Shown here in pieces: positions 6,573-10,807 of a stretch of DNA of 10,807 bases. The first letter of the stretch is position 1. The number at the start of each line of letters is the position of its first letter. A model generated the notes under the pieces. That model ran no database searches. It was not told the origin of the DNA and saw nothing but the letters and a program-made list of their open reading frames with translations. Both the position numbers and the translations under genes were made by a program. Source of the stretch: Parcubacteria group bacterium (lineage in GTDB: Bacteria > Patescibacteriota > Minisyncoccia > Phycocordibacterales > JABMOB01); contig JABMOB010000032.1 in NCBI GenBank assembly GCA_013204345.1, positions 1-10,807 on the forward strand, written 5' to 3'.

Positions 6573-7857
6573 TGCCTTTAAATAATAGATTTAATTCCGC
6601 ATTAATTTTATTTACTGACTCAGTAGATGTATTTCTTCCTCCAGTAATAGATTCTACCATTTCTTGGAAAAGCGCAGAAGTCTTATTTTTATCTGGATCC
6701 AACCATGCTCTTGACCTTATCGCTGAATCATAAAAAACAGAAAAATAAGCATCCGTTGGTTTGATAGAAAGTAAATCTCTTCTCACAGGAGGTAAAATTG
6801 TAAACGGAACTAGTGCGGCGATCGAGTCACTACTCGTAAGAAGAGAGGCTACTCTAAATGCTCCCGCAATATTTTTTGAAGTTTTTGCAATAGCAAGACC
6901 GTTCATTTTGCCAAAAGTTGTTAAAGGTCCTTTTGCCCGCGATTGAGGAAGAGGCGCAATATCAAAATTTAGATTTGGATTTTTGAGTTGAAGTGATCGA
7001 AGTTCTGAAGCGAAACCAAAATATGTCGCAGAATCACCAGCTAAAAAATAATCCTTTGAGGCAGGCAAAGCTCTATTCCAAGAATAAAAAGACTTGGCCG
7101 GGTTTGCAAAATCTGTATAAAAATTGAGTGCATTTACAGCAGGAGAATTTACAGAACCGGAAGATGTGACGAGAGTACTAGAAACACCCTGTTCGTTACG
7201 AACAGTTATTGAGCTCCCCGCCTGCATAATAAGTGTGCTGATAATTTCTTTGGCATTGGAAATATTTCTAAATTCACCAAAAGCAAGAGTTGTTTTCTTT
7301 ATATTCAAAGCCGTATCTTTTTCTGTAATTTTAGGCACAATGGAGAAAAACTCATCCCAGTGAGTTGGAACCTGACTCAAACTAGCGTTTGAAAAAATAT
7401 CTCTGTTCCAATACATAACAAGAGGGTCGATGGCAAATGGAAGAGCTAAAACCCCGGAAGAGGTCAGATACAGCTCACCTTCTGCTATAAAATTATTTTT
7501 AAAATCACGAAGAGAATAATTTTGGAATGGAATAGCAAATACCTTGTCCTGGTTTTTCAAAATAGAATCTTGTGGAAGAAAAAAGATGTCTGGACCCTGT
7601 CCGATAGCCAAAGCATTTACAAGCTCTTGATCAAAGGTAGCTATATTTTTCTCAACATAAGTGAGAATGATTGTCTTGTCTTGATCAAGGCCTATCTTTT
7701 GAGTAAAACCACTAAAATCTGTAGCAGGTATCGTACCCCAAAGAGTCACTCGACTTATGTCTTTTGAGGAACCATTTCCACCAACAGCAAAAATAGCCAC
7801 ACCGATAATTATAAACGCTGCAAATATACCTGTGAGAATAATCTGAAATTTTGTCAT
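6562..7857 (-). CDS. Membrane-anchored extracellular solute-binding protein family-1-like protein, 431 aa
   Basis: An N-terminal signal-anchor helix. Motifs match SBP family 1: VTLWGT ... ALAIGQGPDIFF ... ALPFAIDPLVMYWNRDIFSNASLSQVPTHWDEF ... DIAPLPQ ... NGLAIAKTSKNIAGAFRVASLLTS. Confidence 0.55.
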   Translation of the reverse strand: MTKFQIILTGIFAAFIIIGVAIFAVGGNGSSKDISRVTLWGTIPATDFSGFTQKIGLDQDKTIILTYVEKNIATFDQELVNALAIGQGPDIFFLPQDSILKNQDKVFAIPFQNYSLRDFKNNFIAEGELYLTSSGVLALPFAIDPLVMYWNRDIFSNASLSQVPTHWDEFFSIVPKITEKDTALNIKKTTLAFGEFRNISNAKEIISTLIMQAGSSITVRNEQGVSSTLVTSSGSVNSPAVNALNFYTDFANPAKSFYSWNRALPASKDYFLAGDSATYFGFASELRSLQLKNPNLNFDIAPLPQSRAKGPLTTFGKMNGLAIAKTSKNIAGAFRVASLLTSSDSIAALVPFTILPPVRRDLLSIKPTDAYFSVFYDSAIRSRAWLDPDKNKTSALFQEMVESITGGRNTSTESVNKINAELNLLFKGSVN

Positions 7858-7880
7858 GCTTATATTTAGTATACTATATT

Positions 7881-8408
7881 TTATATTTTCCTGAATATTG
7901 CACCGTAATGATGCGGACCAGCAGAAATATCTTTCTGATATGCAAAACCATTCTTCTCAAAAAGAGTTCTAGCTTGGTTGAACGGAAAAATATCGCCTTG
8001 TTGTGGACCAAGACCACCAAAAGAATCTGTCCAGTCTACAACAAGAACCATTCCTCCCGGCTTTAATATTCTTTTTACTTCACCGACAAATGCGTCACGT
8101 TCTTTTAGTTGAAATAGGATGTTAGAAATAATTCCAACATCTATAGAAAAATCACGAATATGGGTACCACCAAGTTTTTCTAGATCACCACAAACAACCT
8201 CTACATTATATAGACGCTCTCTCACAGCTTCGTTTTTTAACCTCGCCAAAAGCTCTTTTTGAATATCAATAGAATACACCCTACCTTTATCACCCACGGC
8301 TTTTGCTGCGGCTAGAGTATAAAAACCAGAGCCAGAACCTAGGTCCGCGACTTTCATCCCGGGGGTGAGCTCCAACTGCTCTACATTTTTTTTAGGATCA
8401 GCAAACAA
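7881..8408 (-). CDS. Class I SAM-dependent methyltransferase, 175 aa. The apparent start codon is TTG.
   Basis: Motif I VADLGSGSGFYT, motif post-I YSIDIQ, motif II/III region VVCGDLEKL ... LKPGGMVLVVDW. Confidence 0.7.
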   Translation of the reverse strand: MFADPKKNVEQLELTPGMKVADLGSGSGFYTLAAAKAVGDKGRVYSIDIQKELLARLKNEAVRERLYNVEVVCGDLEKLGGTHIRDFSIDVGIISNILFQLKERDAFVGEVKRILKPGGMVLVVDWTDSFGGLGPQQGDIFPFNQARTLFEKNGFAYQKDISAGPHHYGAIFRKI

Positions 8409-8735
8409 AATATAAGTTTTAACTGGTAACCTATATATTATATAACTTTTTACAATTATTGAACAGTAAACATATACACAATAAAAAACTAGAAAATTTT
8501 AAACCCTTTAATAGGAATGTCCTCCACTTGGGAGTTAAACTCCCAAGTAAATTATCGCTACACTCAGATATTGCAGGCGAGGGCGTGGGTAAAACTAGTG
8601 ACGAAATACAGACAAATAAACTTCAGTTTGAAATACAATTCAAGACGACCATGAGTATTGCGACCAAGCTGTATGAATAATACCGCGAGGAAGCAAACGG
8701 AATGGGCAACGAAGAAGTGTGCCCAAAATGAAGTT

Positions 8736-10807
8736 TTATAAGCAGATGAGGGACGCGATCTTGTCTCCCTCGCGTAACTTCATAATCCTAACCCCTTGAG
8801 TCTGTCTACCGAGAATAGGAATCTCTTTTATATCAACACGTATAACCTGACTTTTTTGAGAAATTGCCACCAATTCTTCTTCAGCTTCCGTCACAATCTC
8901 AACAGAAATAATATCTCCGGTCTTTGGCGTTACTTTCGCTGTTTTGATACCACTTCCACCTCGTTTTTGTATTTTATATTCGTCAATTTCAGTTCGCTTT
9001 CCATAACCATTGCTACTAATCACCAAAAGAGTTGGGTTTGTATATTCTTTCTTTATGATTCGTGCACCAATAATTTTATCACCCTTTCCAAGTTTTATTC
9101 CACGAACTCCAGAAGCCCCCCTTCCCATTTCTCTAATATCAGATTCTTTGAAACGAATTGACTGACCTTTGGAAGTCACCACAGAAATGCTGTCGCCTTT
9201 GTTTACAAACGAAGCAGAAATAAGATCATCATCGTCATGAAGCCCGATAGCGATGAGACCGCTCCTTCGCACCTCAAGAAAACTTTCTGATTTAACTTTT
9301 TTAGTAATACCATTTTTTGTCACCATAATGATTGATGATCCCGATCCTTTTGTCTCTTTTGGCATTGGCAAAACAGAAGTAACTTGCTCCCCTTCCGCAA
9401 GCGAAAGATAATTCATGATTGATTTACCTTTTGTGGCGCGTTTACCTTCCGGAAGATCATACATTTTTATCTGATAAGCCTTACCTTTATCAGTAAAGAA
9501 AAGGATGTCGCTATGAGTACTTGCCGTAAGAAGGGTCGTCACAAAATCTTCCTCTTTTGTATCTAAGTCAACCACACCTACACCTCCGCGTTTTTGTTTT
9601 TTAAATTCGTTTGGATTTGTTCGTTTGATATATCCACCAGCAGTCAAGACAAGGGCGTTTTCTTCGTCTGGCACGAGATCTTCCACAGAAATAATCTTGA
9701 CCCCACCTTTGATGACACGAGTGCGTCTTTCGTCACCATATTTTTCTCTGATTTCTTTGAGCTCATCTTTGATTATGGTGAGCATTCTTTTTGGACTTGC
9801 CAAAATTTCTTTGAGTTTAGTGATAAGTTCTTGGGTAGCTTTCAAATCATCTTCAATTTTCTTTCTTTCAAGACCGGCGAGTCTCTGAAGCTTCATCTCC
9901 AAAATTGCTGTTGCCTGTCTATCAGAAAATTTAAACTCCTTCATCAATGCCTTGTGAGCCTCCACAGTATCGCGAGCAGCGCGAATAAGTTTTATTATGC
10001 GATCAATATGATCCAGAGCTTTTTTCAAACCAAGTAAAATATGCTCCTTATCCAACGCCTTATTTAGATCGAACTCTGTTCTTCGCTTTACGACAATAAC
10101 TCTATGCTCAATAAAATCAGCAAGAATACTCTTTAAAGATAATGTTTGAGGCACACCCTTTACTAAAGCAACAAGGTTAAAGTGGAAAGTTTCTTCCAAT
10201 TGTGTGTGTTTGTATAGAGAGTTTAAAACCTTTTGAGGATGTCCCCCACCTTTCAAATCAATAACAATGCGGATATCTTTTGCCGATTCGTCACGTAGAC
10301 CTTTGATACCTTCAATTTTCTTTTCTCGATGAAGATCAGCAATCTTCATAATGAGATCTGCTTTGTTTACACGATATGGAATCGAACTTATGATAATCTG
10401 CGTTTGCCCAGCTTTACTTTCAACAATCTCAGCTACACCGCGCGTCACTACCCCACCTCGGCCAGTCGCATAAGCGTGATGAATATCTTTTTCATTAAAA
10501 ATAACCCCACCTGTAGGAAAATCTGGTCCTTTTATAAATTGCAAAAGCTCTTCGGTCGTCGCGTCTTTATTGTCAATAAGATAGCTTGTAGCATCTACCA
10601 CTTCACCCAGATGATGAGGAGGGATGTTCGTCGCCATACCAACAGCAATACCCGAAGCCCCATTCAAAAACAAAGCCGGCAACTTACCCGGCATAATCTC
10701 CGGCTCGTCCAAAGTATTATCATAATTCTTAACCATATCAACCGTCGCCTTATCAACATCAACCAAAATCTCATCAGAAATCTTCTCCATCTTCGCCTCA
10801 GTATACC
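8736..10807 (-). CDS. gyrA: DNA gyrase subunit A, C-terminal ~690 codons. The gene continues past the window end. The track ORF starts at an internal Met; homology places that Met roughly 120-130 residues into E. coli GyrA.
   Basis: LFLNGASGIAVGMATNIPPHHLGEV ... GPDFPTGG (the type IIA topoisomerase A-subunit breakage-reunion domain). A C-terminal beta-pinwheel repeat domain with a GyrA-box-like QKRGGVG favours gyrase over topo IV. Confidence 0.85.
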   Translation of the reverse strand, partial: YTEAKMEKISDEILVDVDKATVDMVKNYDNTLDEPEIMPGKLPALFLNGASGIAVGMATNIPPHHLGEVVDATSYLIDNKDATTEELLQFIKGPDFPTGGVIFNEKDIHHAYATGRGGVVTRGVAEIVESKAGQTQIIISSIPYRVNKADLIMKIADLHREKKIEGIKGLRDESAKDIRIVIDLKGGGHPQKVLNSLYKHTQLEETFHFNLVALVKGVPQTLSLKSILADFIEHRVIVVKRRTEFDLNKALDKEHILLGLKKALDHIDRIIKLIRAARDTVEAHKALMKEFKFSDRQATAILEMKLQRLAGLERKKIEDDLKATQELITKLKEILASPKRMLTIIKDELKEIREKYGDERRTRVIKGGVKIISVEDLVPDEENALVLTAGGYIKRTNPNEFKKQKRGGVGVVDLDTKEEDFVTTLLTASTHSDILFFTDKGKAYQIKMYDLPEGKRATKGKSIMNYLSLAEGEQVTSVLPMPKETKGSGSSIIMVTKNGITKKVKSESFLEVRRSGLIAIGLHDDDDLISASFVNKGDSISVVTSKGQSIRFKESDIREMGRGASGVRGIKLGKGDKIIGARIIKKEYTNPTLLVISSNGYGKRTEIDEYKIQKRGGSGIKTAKVTPKTGDIISVEIVTEAEEELVAISQKSQVIRVDIKEIPILGRQTQGVRIMKLREGDKIASLICL

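Noticed and set aside
5707-7767. Plus-strand ORFs 5707..5895, 6364..6585, 6761..6946, 7124..7363 and 7522..7767
   Set aside because: All are antisense to the pilin and SBP-like CDSs. They are short, without start signals or recognisable motifs.
7851-8066. 71-aa + ORF
   Set aside because: Antisense to the methyltransferase gene, with low-complexity product.
8409-8735. tRNA or tmRNA in the gyrA-MTase intergenic region
   Set aside because: No T-loop (GTTCRANYC) or acceptor/D-arm arrangement on either strand, and no tmRNA 5'/3' consensus.
8796-10037. Plus-strand ORFs 8796..9161, 9594..10037 and 9625..9888
   Set aside because: Antisense to the strongly supported gyrA CDS. Their products are low-complexity Ser/Phe/Leu-rich, typical of AT-rich antisense frames.

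Overview
Low-GC (~35%), tightly packed bacterial window. It lacks strong Shine-Dalgarno sites and carries a VirB2/TrbC-like pilin family typical of CPR/Patescibacteria; the lineage assignment is inference.

Layout, left to right:
(i) A 140-bp tandem, highly structured repeat (2 full units plus a partial one) at the window edge.
(ii) A + strand fused membrane/spermidine-synthase-like gene.
(iii) A compositionally distinct ~50% GC island. It has a near-consensus sigma70 promoter, an SPFH/band-7 membrane protein, a small membrane-anchored partner protein and its own intrinsic terminator.
(iv) A minus-strand gene string: a class I SAM methyltransferase, a membrane-anchored family-1 solute-binding-protein-like gene, then six tandem divergent paralogs of a small two-helix VirB2/TrbC-like pilin family. 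A 462-bp structured gap with nested inverted repeats interrupts the pilin array.
(v) The C-terminal ~685 codons of gyrA on the minus strand, running off the right edge.

The most interesting signals are the diversified pilin array (including a 48-bp tandem Pro/Thr repeat and conserved Cys pairs), the covarying tandem structured repeat at 1-293, the nested palindrome in the pilin-array gap, and the GC-rich SPFH island.
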